Shown: positions 1 to 13,190, counted from the first letter of the whole stretch. The stretch is DNA of 63,675 nt, filler included, from Octopus bimaculoides (GCF_001194135.2; 8 parts of 6 records of this genome joined end to end with filler, not necessarily neighbours in it); one strand, 5' to 3'. Numbers and translations are program-made. Notes: generated from the sequence alone by a model not told the origin.

Positions 1-250
1 GTTAGGGTTAGGGGATTAATACGATATACACCGTTACAGCGCTAACTGTTTTCAACTGAATAGACGTCAGTGATTAGTAGAAATTATCGAAATAAGACAA
101 TTTTTTACATGAAATAAATTCGAATACAAAAATATTTTTCTGTTCTATAACACAAAATAGATAAGTATACGAAGTTTGAAAGTCTTTCCGTACCAAAAAC
201 ACTACATAAAACATAAATGAAAACTGGCGCCCCCGTTTTAAAATAGATCC
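1..250 (-). repeat. Dispersed repeat containing a telomere-like TTAGGG tract; second, inverted copy at 53372-53681
   Basis: Begins GTTAGGGTTAGGG. Bases ~75-250 are the near-identical reverse complement of 53372-53545, and both copies end at GGATCTATTTTAAAACGGGGG. Confidence 0.8.
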
Positions 251-985
251 CAAGGCTCTTCCTGTTTTGCCGTCTACCACCCTTATAATCATTCGAATAT
301 TGAAAATAATTTTATATTTAATTTGGATATTATTAAAAAGTTATTCAAGATGGTAGCCGTGTAATTTGGATTAATTAGCAGAGAATAGAGAGAAAGGAAA
401 ACATTCTATTTGCTGTTAGTAATTGCATTTTAATTTGTTGAACCGGAATTTTGTCCGTCATGTACTAAAAATTCTTTAGCTTGTTTAACAGATACTCTTA
501 CAAAGGAAGTGTTTACTCATAGGAGCGTCGTGAATGTAGTGTTTGTATGTGTCTGTGTTTGCGCGACAGGGAGAAAGTTTTTGATTGTTTATAAGGGAAA
601 TTTGTAGAGGATGGTAGAGAGGAAGAGAAAGAGAATATGTGCGCGTGAATGACTGTGATCGTGCTAAAATAATTTACTGATAAACTTTCAAAAGTGACTA
701 GGATAAAAATACTATCATTGCATTAGACTGTGACAGTTTCCCTTTTATTTTCCAGTGAAATTTTACGGCACGGAAAATTTATTTATGAACAAGAAAAGAG
801 AGAAAAGAACGCTAAAAAAAAAAGATCGATTAATACTTAAGGAAGCTATTTAAGAATTTGTTGAATGTATGTTTTATTGCTATCAATTATTAACTAAAAT
901 ATTTTGGATACCTTCGAATTCGTTTCAACTAATTCATTCCAAGCATCGAACCTCAGATACGTAATATTCCGAACATAGATAACCC

Positions 986-1214
986 ATGGCGAAAACAAGC
1001 TCAGAACGTATGAATATATTTGGTTATATAGCGTTGGCATTAACCTGTACTGCAGCAACATTGCACTCTGTGGGAATTTCATTACCAAACTGGCGTATCA
1101 CCTTCAAGGATGATGAAAAATGGGTAAAGAAAGAAGGGATTATGACGCTGACAATGTGTAAAGAGTTTGAATGCACGACAGTCATAGAATTCAGCAAAAT
1201 CAAAGGAGGTGAAG
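986..1214 (+). CDS. First coding exon of a probable claudin/PMP22/EMP-like four-TM membrane protein
   Basis: ATG at 986. Translation MAKTSSERMNIFGYIALALTCTAATLHSVGISLPNW...EGIMTLTMCKEFEC... gives an N-terminal TM helix, then W, a G-L-W-like position (EGIM) and two Cys, as in claudin ECL1. Strong phase-1 donor G|GTAAGT at 1214/1215. Downstream exons not securely found. Confidence 0.65.
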
Positions 1215-1391
1215 GTAAGTCGTAACATGTATTTTACTCATAGAAGTTTCTGAAAAAGTTTGTTTCAGATCTCGAGAAAGTGTGAGCAAAAATCAAATGT
1301 TATGTAGTTGTTAAGAACAGTTTGTTATTGTTATTATTATTGTTATTATTATTATTATTATTATATGACTGTTCAATATTTGGTAGATTGA

Positions 1392-1790
1392 GGTATATTT
1401 CTTATTTCTTTACTGCCCACAAGGGGCTACACACAGAGGGGGACAAACAAGGACAGACAAACGGATTGAGTCGATTATATCGACCCCAGTGCGTAACTGG
1501 TACTTAATTTATCGACCCCGAAAGGAAGAAAGGCAAAGTCGACCTCGGCGGAATTTGAACTCAGAACGTAGCGGCAGACGAAATACCTATTTCTTTACTG
1601 CCCACAAGGGGCTACACACAGAGGGGACAAACAAGGACAGACAAACGGATTAAGTCGATTATATCGACCCCAGTGCGTAACTGGTACTTAATTTATCGAC
1701 CCCGAAAGGATGANNNNNNNNNNGCGGCAGACGAAATACCGCTAAGCATTTCGCCCGGCGTGCTAACGTTTCTACCAGCTCACCGCCTTG
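1392..1790 (-). mobile_element. Tandem copies of tRNA-derived SINE family A
   Basis: Reverse complement of the recurring GGCAGAATCGTTAGCACG...GAGTTCAAATTCCGCCGAGGTCGAC unit (A/B-box-like head). Partly duplicated across a 10-N gap. Confidence 0.85.
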
Positions 1791-2071
1791 TTTGAGGCAT
1801 ATTTCTACTGCATCACCTGCTACACTTCCGTGTTGGTGGGGTGTGTGTAGCATTTTGTGTTCTTCTCCGCTGTTAGGGGTGTGCAAACTCGTCCCGGCAC
1901 TGTTTTGTGTTAGTTTTTTTTTTCTCTTGAGGTGTTGTGCGGACTTTTGTTGTATTACTCCTTGTACTGTGTTGAGTGTGTAATGCTTTGGTTTTCACGC
2001 TTGCTGGTGGAAGTTTATTTCACTGGGTAAATGCTGTATAGTGTGTGTCTTGTATTTGTGGGTTGTTTTGT

Positions 2072-4250
<2,179 letters not shown>

Positions 4251-4257
4251 TTCGTAT

Positions 4258-4378
4258 TACGAGTGAGGGCTGAGAAGTTCCTGGCTTTGGGTAAAAGAAA
4301 ATACAAGTGGATCATTTAATTATGATTTTATTCAACATATTCTCCTCTTAGATTCACACAATTATTGCAGCAGTCCTT
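4258..4378 (+). mobile_element. Mariner-like terminal fragment
   Basis: Starts TACGAG..GGCTGAGAAGTTCC, resembling a mariner TIR after a TA. Confidence 0.45.
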
Positions 4379-4465
4379 CGTTATTCGTTGTGTTTTGAAG
4401 GCTGTTTATGTTTTTTAAAAAATTTTTGCTGAACATAAACAGCCTTCAAAACACAACGAATAACG
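4379..4465. repeat. Perfect 34-bp inverted repeat with 19-nt loop
   Basis: CGTTATTCGTTGTGTTTTGAAGGCTGTTTATGTT (4379-4412) is the exact reverse complement of 4432-4465. Confidence 0.95.
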
Positions 4466-4807
4466 TTGGTGCCAGGGACCATGTACGTATGGGAATGTCT
4501 GTGTATACATATATGTATGTGTGTACGTATGTGTGAGGGGATAGATAGATATATACACACATATGTACTCACGTATATATATGCTTTTGAATCCTTTGAT
4601 ATCCAAGTATGGTTATGCACACAGACACAGACATGTGTATTGGAGTGTCTATAACTATTTGTATGACCTTATATACTGTTTGTAGGCTTTTTATGTGCCT
4701 TATATTCTTTATATTCTCATTTTTCATTTATTTTATTTTTACTGTATTCTTATTTTTATTTCTATTTTATTTTTATTTTTTACTTTATATTTGTGTTGAA
4801 TTTTTGT

Positions 4808-4938
4808 GAATCTCTGAAGAGGCCTAGCGAATCATGCATGTACCCCCATTTCAGCATTTCATCTGCTAATTACTCCGGCAGGAGCTATTCGGATAGAATG
4901 GGGCATGCCAACGCTAGGCCGAAACAGCTGTAAGTTTC
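4808..4938 (+). ncRNA. Type I hammerhead ribozyme with extended, branched stem II (copy 1)
   Basis: Stem I GAATCT/AGTTTC (one U-U mismatch); core CTGAAGA 4814-4820; stem II GGCCTAGCG/CGCTAGGCC (9 bp, perfect); GAAA-C, palindromic AGCT, then G-T-A with predicted cleavage after 4932. Confidence 0.85.
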
Positions 4939-5288
4939 TGTTTATTCTCAAATTCCTAATGTACTGTTTATTTGTAACCTCGATTGTTAATATAACATGG
5001 TATGTCATAAGCATTTGTATGTTGTGGTTTTTGCCATTTTAGTTACAAAATAAGTTAATTAATTCAACGGAATACACTGTCTGCAAGTCGTTGAGTACCG
5101 CATATTCTCCTCCATTTTCTAATTGCTATATAAATTTAGGGTAAAATAACCCCCCTTTTACCCGCACTCACTTATTACACTTGGTATAACACTAGTGTAA
5201 CAATAATTGGGTACCCTCCCAGCAGTATATTGGATAGATACTATCCCTTAGTGGGTTGAATCCTCAACCCCTAACTCTCTTGCATTAC

Positions 5289-5319
<31 letters not shown>

Positions 5320-5787
5320 CATGTATGTATATTTGTGTTTGCGTGTATCAGTGTAGTAATGGTAGTGGCTTGATGCCTAGGGTATTGGGCTCACGATCTT
5401 AAAGTTGTAGGTTCGAATCCTTGACATGGTGGTGCATCTCCAGTCGGTTCAGATTAAAAATGAGCACCAGCCGAGTGTTGGTGCAATTCTCTCTGCCTCC
5501 GGCAACCACATCCTCGATGTTCCGCTGCTTCAAGGGTAGGAAGGATGAGAGGTGGTGGTGGTGGAGGGTCAATGTCTGCTCGCGACTACATAGACTCTTA
5601 AACTATTTGCGAAAGCGTCGCACAAACAACCAAGTCTTCTGAGTGACGGCTAATCACGTACGCACGCGCACACACACACATATATACATGCATACACAAG
5701 CACGTGTATATATATGTACATATGTGTGTGTATGTGTTTATGTATTTTGGTGTGTGTGTATGCATATATATATATATATACCATTGT

Positions 5788-5918
5788 GAATCTCTGAAGA
5801 GGCCTAGCGAATCATGCATGTACCCCCATTTCAGCATTTCATCTGCTAATTACTCCGGCAGGAGCTATTCGGATAGAATGGGGCATGCCAACGCTAGGCC
5901 GAAACAGCTGTAAGTTTC
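5788..5918 (+). ncRNA. Type I hammerhead ribozyme with extended, branched stem II (copy 2, identical to copy 1)
   Basis: Same sequence as 4808-4938. CTGAAGA at 5794-5800, GAAAC at 5901, predicted cleavage after 5912. Confidence 0.85.
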
Positions 5919-5929
5919 TGTTTATTATT

Positions 5930-6120
5930 ATGATTGACCGTTGACTGAACACTATTCAATTTTTTTTCTCCGTGTTTTTCTCCTTGTCTCCGTATTCTTT
6001 CTGTTGAAGAGCGTAGCTCGAAACGTCAAAGACTTTCCGTATTCCCGAGCGTCATACTAATATATACTTTTGTTATTTACACCACCTGTCCTCGTCTGTT
6101 GTTATTATTTGTATATTCTC

Positions 6121-6130
<10 letters not shown>
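5930..6130 (+). mobile_element. Penelope-associated terminal repeat carrying a variant minimal hammerhead-like motif
   Basis: TCTTT CTGTTGA A GAGC GTA GCTC GAAAC GTC AAAGA at 5996-6032. Second copy at 39100-39250. Confidence 0.6.
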
Positions 6131-6163
<33 letters not shown>

Positions 6164-6426
6164 CACACACATACATGTTGGCATACTACAGTATGCTAAC
6201 CTTAGTGAAGTAGAAGATGACATTTCAAACTTCTGCAGAAAATTAAGGTTAACGGAGAAACTAATCGATAAAGATAACAACGACCAATCTATAGCTTAAA
6301 ACAAAAGCTACTACAACCAAACAAAAGGAAGAAACGAAATACTAGACATATTTTGTGAGATTATATTTACGTTTCCATACAATGAACTTCCATTTCCGAA
6401 ACCGAAGTCCAACAGAATGGAAAACT

Positions 6427-7700
6427 ATCGAGTGTTCAGGCTGAATGTGACGATTCTTTTTATGTCTCTTTTATCTTTTTTCAAGACCAGGTCGTGGTGA
6501 ACAGTCAGTGGTGTTGGAGAGTATGACGATTAAAGTTTTAGTTGAGAAAAAGTTAGGTGACATGAAAGTCATCTGAATATTGGAAAAGTGTTACCCGTAT
6601 CACGATGATTCGCGCAGGTTATCAAAATACCGACATCGTGACTGCTGTTCAATGCTTTCTAAATACTATAAAGGCAGTAAGATATGGTATGGAAAGGCGG
6701 CGAGCTGGCAGAAACGTTAGCATGTCGGGCGAAATGCTTGACGGTATTTCGTCTGCCGTTACGTTCTGAGTTCAAATTCCGCCGAGGTCGACTTTGCCTT
6801 TCATCCTTTCGGGGTCGATTAAATAAGTACCAGTTACGCACTGGGGTCGATATAATCGACTTAATCTGTTTGTCTGTCCTTGTTTGTCCCCTCTGTGTAT
6901 AACCCCTTGTGGGCAGTAAAGAAATAGGTATTTCGTCTACCGCTACGTTCTGAGTTCAAATTCCACCGAGGTCAACTTTGCCTTTCATCCTTTCGGGGTC
7001 GATAAATTAAGTACCAGTTACGATGTAATCGACTTAATCCCTTTGTCTGTCATTGTTTGTCCCCTCTATGTTTAGCCCCTTGTAAGCAGTAAATAAATAA
7101 GATATGGTATGGACTTCTGCACCGCAGACTACGAAAAAGAGACACACCATGCATTCTGGCTGCATCCGCACACCAGGATTCATCCAGTAAGGGATGAACC
7201 AGATCTTAGGCTTAATTTAGACGGCTATGTGAAGCGTCTGGAGACAGTGGTCAAACCCTGGCTGGAGGAGATTGCTACACAAAGGCCATATGTGTGGCAG
7301 TAGAATTCAGCTGCTTGCCATACTTCCAGAAAGAGCCAGAAGTGGTTGTCGGAGAATTCCTACGACTTCACCAGCCCCAATTTCTAGCCTCCTTATTCTC
7401 CCGATTGTAATCCCATGGATTGCCATGTGTGGAGTGAAGTTGAGAAAGACACTAACCGCTCTGTCTGCAATACCAAGGCCGAGCTGGTGGGCCAAGATAA
7501 AGGAGGTGTTCGAAGATTTTCTCAGGGAAACAGTGAAGAACGCATGCGCCGTGTTCCAGAGCCGTCTTGAAGCTGAGGACGGCCACTTTCAGTAAACTGT
7601 TATCTTTCTGCCATAACCTTGTTGATATTTTTGATTTTTGAAAAATACTTTTGATTTTGGATAGGAAGTTGTTTTCTTTTCCTTTTATGCAAAGTGTCAA
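6427..7700 (+). mobile_element. Decayed maT (DD37D) IS630-Tc1-mariner transposon interrupted by SINE A copies
   Basis: Translation VVKPWLE..RPYVWQ*(D/N)SAACHTSRKSQKWLSENSYDFTSPNF*PPYSPDCNPMD has 37 residues between the second and third catalytic Asp positions; stops and frameshifts present. Confidence 0.8.
6696..7100 (+). mobile_element. SINE family A, near-complete copy plus partial tandem copy
   Basis: AGGCGGCGAGCTGGCAGAAACGTTAGC...GAGTTCAAATTCC...CCCCTTGTGGGCAGTAAAGAAATAGG. Confidence 0.9.
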
Positions 7701-7866
7701 ACAATAAAAACACTGTTATAAAAGAGGCAAATAAGTGCTTTAATTATCATGAATATAGAACAATATAAAATGTCACATTAACTTTATTTTTAGACAATAC
7801 CCATTATAAAATTGTGAAAAACAACAACCAAATAATATATCAGATGCAGCTGTGCATCGTTAACCA

Positions 7867-7867
<1 letters not shown>

Positions 7868-7914
<47 letters not shown>

Positions 7915-8146
7915 CCTTTCTTTATTAGCCACAAGGGCCGACAGAAATAAGATTGGACATTACAAAACATGAAGGACAAAGTGGGGTTACGTAAAGTGTC
8001 GTGTAAAATGTTGACAACAATGAAAAATATAACAAATAAAATGCCTAAAAGAGGCAAGCAACTCAGGGCAACTCATGGAGGCCCCACGAAAAACATACAA
8101 GCGCCCCGACCACTAGGGCAAGAGCCCTCTCCCCATCTTGCTCTCC
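7868..8146 (-). mobile_element. 3' end of L1/Tx1-like LINE with (ATT)n tail
   Basis: Reverse complement resembles the 3' UTR at 32770-32990 (AGGGCTCTT..CCCT; GCCCTTGTGGCTAATAAAGAAA) followed by (ATT)n. Confidence 0.55.
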
Positions 8147-8714
8147 NNNNNNNNNNNNNNNNNNNNNNNNNNNNNNNNNNNNNNNNNNNNNNNNNNNNNN
8201 NNNNNNNNNNNNNNNNNNNNNNNNNNNNNNNNNNNNNNNNNNNNNNNNNNNNNNNNNNNNNNNNNNNNNNNNNNNNNNNNNNNNNNNNNNNNNNNNNNNN
8301 NNNNNNNNNNNNNNNNNNNNNNNNNNNNNNNNNNNNNNNNNNNNNNNNNNNNNNNNNNNNNNNNNNNNNNNNNNNNNNNNNNNNNNNNNNNNNNNNNNNN
8401 NNNNNNNNNNNNNNNNNNNNNNNNNNNNNNNNNNNNNNNNNNNNNNNNNNNNNNNNNNNNNNNNNNNNNNNNNNNNNNNNNNNNNNNNNNNNNNNNNNNN
8501 NNNNNNNNNNNNNNNNNNNNNNNNNNNNNNNNNNNNNNNNNNNNNNNNNNNNNNNNNNNNNNNNNNNNNNNNNNNNNNNNNNNNNNNNNNNNNNNNNNNN
8601 NNNNNNNNNNNNNNNNNNNNNNNNNNNNNNNNNNNNNNNNNNNNNNNNNNNNNNNNNNNNNNNNNNNNNNNNNNNNNNNNNNNNNNNNNNNNNNNNNNNN
8701 NNNNNNNNNNNNNN

Positions 8715-10400
8715 ACAGAAGGGAGAGGAAGTAGCTTTTCGGCTAAGAAGATTCCCACATGAAATTCCGGACCGAATAAATAAATTTTTAAAAAAATTAT
8801 CACTGAGAGTTTAAGTTTTATCTTTCAAAACGACTTTTTTTAAAAATTTCATGGGGAAACAGCTATCTACAAATATCTGGGATCGCGATAGGTACAAATT
8901 TCGTCCGAACATACGCCAACGTCGTCATGGAATATCTAGCGTTCCAATTCTCTGAACAAGGCCAAATCAAAGTACGACATGAACTTACAACAATATCAAA
9001 TAGAAAATTGGAAATGCTACTTAGATGACTGACTCATTCTGCGGACATACAATCTCGATCAACTCAATGGTTTTAAGTACATACTCAATAGCATCAGCAA
9101 CAGTATTCACTTCACAATGGAATTTAGACAAAACCATTTACCATTCCTAGAATTCTGATTATAAAGAATGATACGAACATAGAAACTAACATCCGCTATT
9201 GACTAACGACTCTAAATAGTACCTACTATTTACTTCCTGCTACCCAAAACATATTCCATTTAACCTCACTAGAAGAATCCGAACAATTGTCTCCGACCCC
9301 ACAGGCTCGGGAAGAGAGTGCAGGAGTGCATGGATGCATTGGTGCAGGGGATGCAAGCACCGCTCCTCCTAAAATTTGTGGGGCAATGAAAACGCTCTGA
9401 ACATCTTGGGTTTGGGTTTGTAACCCCTAAGCAAATTTCATTCCTGTACTTATGCCCAACTCCGTGATTCAGAATTAATGACTCCTGAAATTAAAACAGA
9501 CACTACTTGAAAGAAACTACCTGCCTACTCTAGAAGGGAACGGAACAGAACGTACCAAAGCAATAGACATTGAAAAATTACAAAAAGCCAAAAACAGTTC
9601 AGTTACATTCAAATTCTGTCTTTAATTACAACATACAACGCAAGAAACACTGAAACAGTCAGCATTATCCATCAGAACATACCATTATTGAGCTTAGACC
9701 CAAGGAAGAAAAAATCGCTCAAGTCATGCAAAGTAATCAAATACAGAAGACAACTAAAATACTCCATAAAAACTATTTACTAGCGCAAAACTACCAGCTA
9801 CGGACACAACTCCAACAGTTACAAAAGTGTGGTCGCTTCAGTTGCGGAACATGTACCAACGTCATTGAGGATATATCATGTAAATTTAAAATGGAACAAG
9901 TTTTTACAATAACAAAAATTAATTCCTTTGTCCATCAAAAAGTATAATATATGTTATTAAATGCAGTGGATGTAGCGAAGACGATGTTGGGCAAACCAAC
10001 CTTGTGAATGAGAAGAACGATTAATCAATAACAAATACGGGATCCCAGGACTAAGCAAATCTTGCTCAGTGAACATTTGGGTATATACTCAGTATATCTT
10101 CCAATTTCCTAGTTTTCCAAACAGCTAAATCTTCCAAATTCCCAGTTTTCCCATTTTATCAATGTGCGGACAATACCATAGACCAAACACGAATAAATAA
10201 AAAATATCATTTATTAAAAAATACAAAGCACTATTGAATAGGATATAGAACATTAAAAGTATACGATTTGCTATTCACTATGAGTGCTTTTCATTGTTAC
10301 ATGATGAAAGGGAATATGATCTTGTTTCTACCCGAGAATGTAAGCAAGGACATTGCTGCAGCTGTGATTAGTTGGTATTCAAGCCAATATCAGAAATCCA
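8715..10400 (+). mobile_element. Decayed Penelope-like element (RT + GIY-YIG endonuclease)
   Basis: QISGIAIGTNFVRTYANVVMEYL (~8870), WKCYLDD (~9009-9029), LNSISNSIHFTME, and IYVIKCSGCSEDDVGQT (~9950-10000); many frameshifts. Confidence 0.85.
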
Positions 10401-10946
10401 TCTCTAAATGCTGATATCCAAATAACATAACTTACATACTTTAACTCCTCATGAATTCATTGTATTTGCCTTGTTTTTACTTTTCTATCTTCATTCAGAT
10501 ATTCTTTTAAAACATTACTTCGTTTAAAACAAATTTCACCTCCTTATAAACCTAAGCCCCACCACTTTTTCTCATACAAGTTGAATAATTGTCCACATTT
10601 GCGAGATTGTATAAGAGAATGAATCATTCACTAAAATTCTACACACAACACCAAAAAGACACTACGTCTTGGCTAATTAAGATAATAGCTGCTCATATAG
10701 CTATTTCACGCAACCACCGGGCAAAAACAGCCCAGAATTTGGGTGCAGCATTCACCTTGCATAGCTATTGTTTTGATCGTGACATGTCATATCTCCTGCA
10801 CTGAACTTTTGGCGTAACCTTCATGCGCGGCTATAACATGACCTTAATGCACGGATGTTGCAGAGATCAGACCAAAAGATTCCTTTATCTTCCAATACCC
10901 TCAACCATGAAAACATTTTTACATGCATGCATATATGTGCATACGT

Positions 10947-11328
10947 AGGCGCAGACGTGGCTGTGTGGTAAGCTTGCTTCCCAACGACATGGTTCCGGGT
11001 TCAGTCCACTGCTTGGTACCTTGGCCAAGTGTCTCTTACTATTGCCTCGGGCCGACCAAAGCCTTGTGAGTGAATTTGGTTGACGGAAACTGAAAGAAGC
11101 CCGTCGTATAATACGTACGTATGTATATATGTGTGTGCGTGTGTTTGTGACATGTTTGTTCCCCCCACCCCCGCCACCGTTTGATATCCGGTGCTGGTGT
11201 GATTACGTCTCCGTAACATTAGCGATTCGGTAAAGACACCGATAGAATAGATAAGAGGCTTTAAAAAAAATTAGTATTGGGGTCGATACAGTCAACTAAA
11301 AAATTCTTCAAGGCGGTGCCCCAGCATG
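10947..11328 (+). mobile_element. tRNA-derived SINE family B (CORE-like central segment)
   Basis: GTGGCTGTGTGGTAAG...GGTTCCGGGTTCAGTCC head, ACCTTGGCCAAGTGTCTT segment, internal (TG)n. Confidence 0.85.
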
Positions 11329-12164
11329 NNNNNNNNNNNNNNNNNNNNNNNNNNNNNNNNNNNNNNNNNNNNTTAATTAATTAANNNNNNNNNNNNNNNN
11401 NNNNNNNNNNNNNNNNNNNNNNNNNNNNTATATATATATATATATATATCCACACACAAAGACACACTCACTCACACACAGGCACACGCAGACACACACA
11501 ATAACAACACCCGCATATATTCACACTCTCTTTCACAAACACACACATATAAACACACACATTCATACACACACATACATATTGTAAAAGTGAAAGCATA
11601 TTATTGACGAAACTGAAAAAAAAACATCTAATTTTACCAATTTGCCCAAATCAGGATGAAAACCGAGACAACAGCTAATTGTGTGGTGCAACCACGTAAT
11701 TCTGTCTTGTTTTTCCATGGATGTGCCTCCGAGGGAAGGTTGAGCAACGCTGTGGAGATTAGTTTGTTCTCCATGTTGTTTTAGTTTCAGAATAACCATG
11801 AATGAGCAGAACTTATGATCAAAAGCGTTCCAGTTGTGACCACTCTCAACTTAGACAAGAATGTCACAGGAAAGAATCGCAAGGCGGATTCCTGAAGACG
11901 TGCCAAGCGGTGGGAAACCCAAGGGGTGGAAGAAGAACAAGATATCCAGAGTTTTAGGTGGTCGTGCTTGAGAATCTAGTGGGAAAGTGTAGTAATGGTT
12001 GGTTTTGATTCGAACCTTGTGGACGAGATGCTTAAGGACTCAGCCCTCACAACCCATCTCCAGGAACAAGGGACAGAGAAGAAGGATGAATGGTTTCCTT
12101 CGCTCACCAAGAGAATGCTGTTGACGCTATTTTTGGTGGTGTTCTGAAGGTACTTGGTTAAGTG

Positions 12165-12470
12165 GTTTGGAGATTCGGTTCACCACCGCGAAGTCGAGAG
12201 TTCAATTCGCAGCAGCGCGTTTTGTCCTTGAGCAAGACACTTAATTTCACATTGCTCCAGTCCAGTCAGCTGGCAAAAATGAGTTGTACCTGTATTTCAA
12301 AGGGCCAGCCTTGTCATATTCTGTGTCATGCTGAATCTCCTGGAGAGCAACGTTAAGGGTACGCATGTCTGTGGAATGCTTAGCCATTTGCACGTTAATT
12401 TCACGAGCAGGCTATTCCGGTGATCTGTTCAACTAAAACCCTCATCGTTGTAATCGATAGAGTGCCAGTT
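12165..12470 (+). mobile_element. tRNA-derived SINE family C (diverged)
   Basis: Shares AAGGGTACGCATGTCTGTGG...GCACGTTAATTTCACGAGCAGGCT with 14500-14885. Confidence 0.75.
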
Positions 12471-13148
12471 TTGGTAATGTTGCTATTGTTTCAGAAAATC
12501 TGTTGCGGAAGGCGTTCCATCCTTGCCCATCTCGTTTACTTTTTTGTTCTTGGTTTTCAAACTGTGATCTATCCATAAGTTAATATGGTGTGATATAGAA
12601 TGAGGGATGGTGTGCATTTGGTTACTATTTCTAACAAATCAAATGACCACCTCCAGCCTCTCACATTGAGTACGATTTCTCTCATGGTATCTATTGCAGT
12701 ATAGCTTGTTCCAACAGAACATCCACGCTTAAGTGGGGATTAAAGATTACCTCGCAGTATTAATACTGATTCCGTCCCTAATATATAATTTTGCGTATGT
12801 GTCTGTGTGTCTGCGTGTGTATGGCTGCGTGTATCTGTGTGCATATGTGCGTGTGTGTGTGTTCGTTTGGTTAAACTGACGTGCCTCTTAGGAGAAGACA
12901 GTGCCACTCTGTGGAGGTTAGCTTCATTATTTGTTCAAACAACATTTCCTCACGCTCACCAAATGATCTCCCTAATCTTTGCTCAGGGTGTTTGTTCATT
13001 ACGACGTGATCTTGGCGGCGGTAGCGATGGTGGGGGCGTGGCTCNNNNNNNNNNAGCGGTCATCGCCGTCATCGTCTTGGTCGTCGTCGTGGTAATGGTG
13101 GTGGTTTTGCGGTGTTGATTGTCCTAGTCGGGGTTGTGCCGATGACAT

Positions 13149-13190
<42 letters not shown>

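Noticed and set aside
11373-11384. TTAATTAATTAA islands inside N runs (also near 21834, 32530, 38242, 46360, 51704 and 58197)
   Set aside because: Identical 12-mer with stops in all six frames, flanked by fixed-length N blocks: an assembly linker, not biology.
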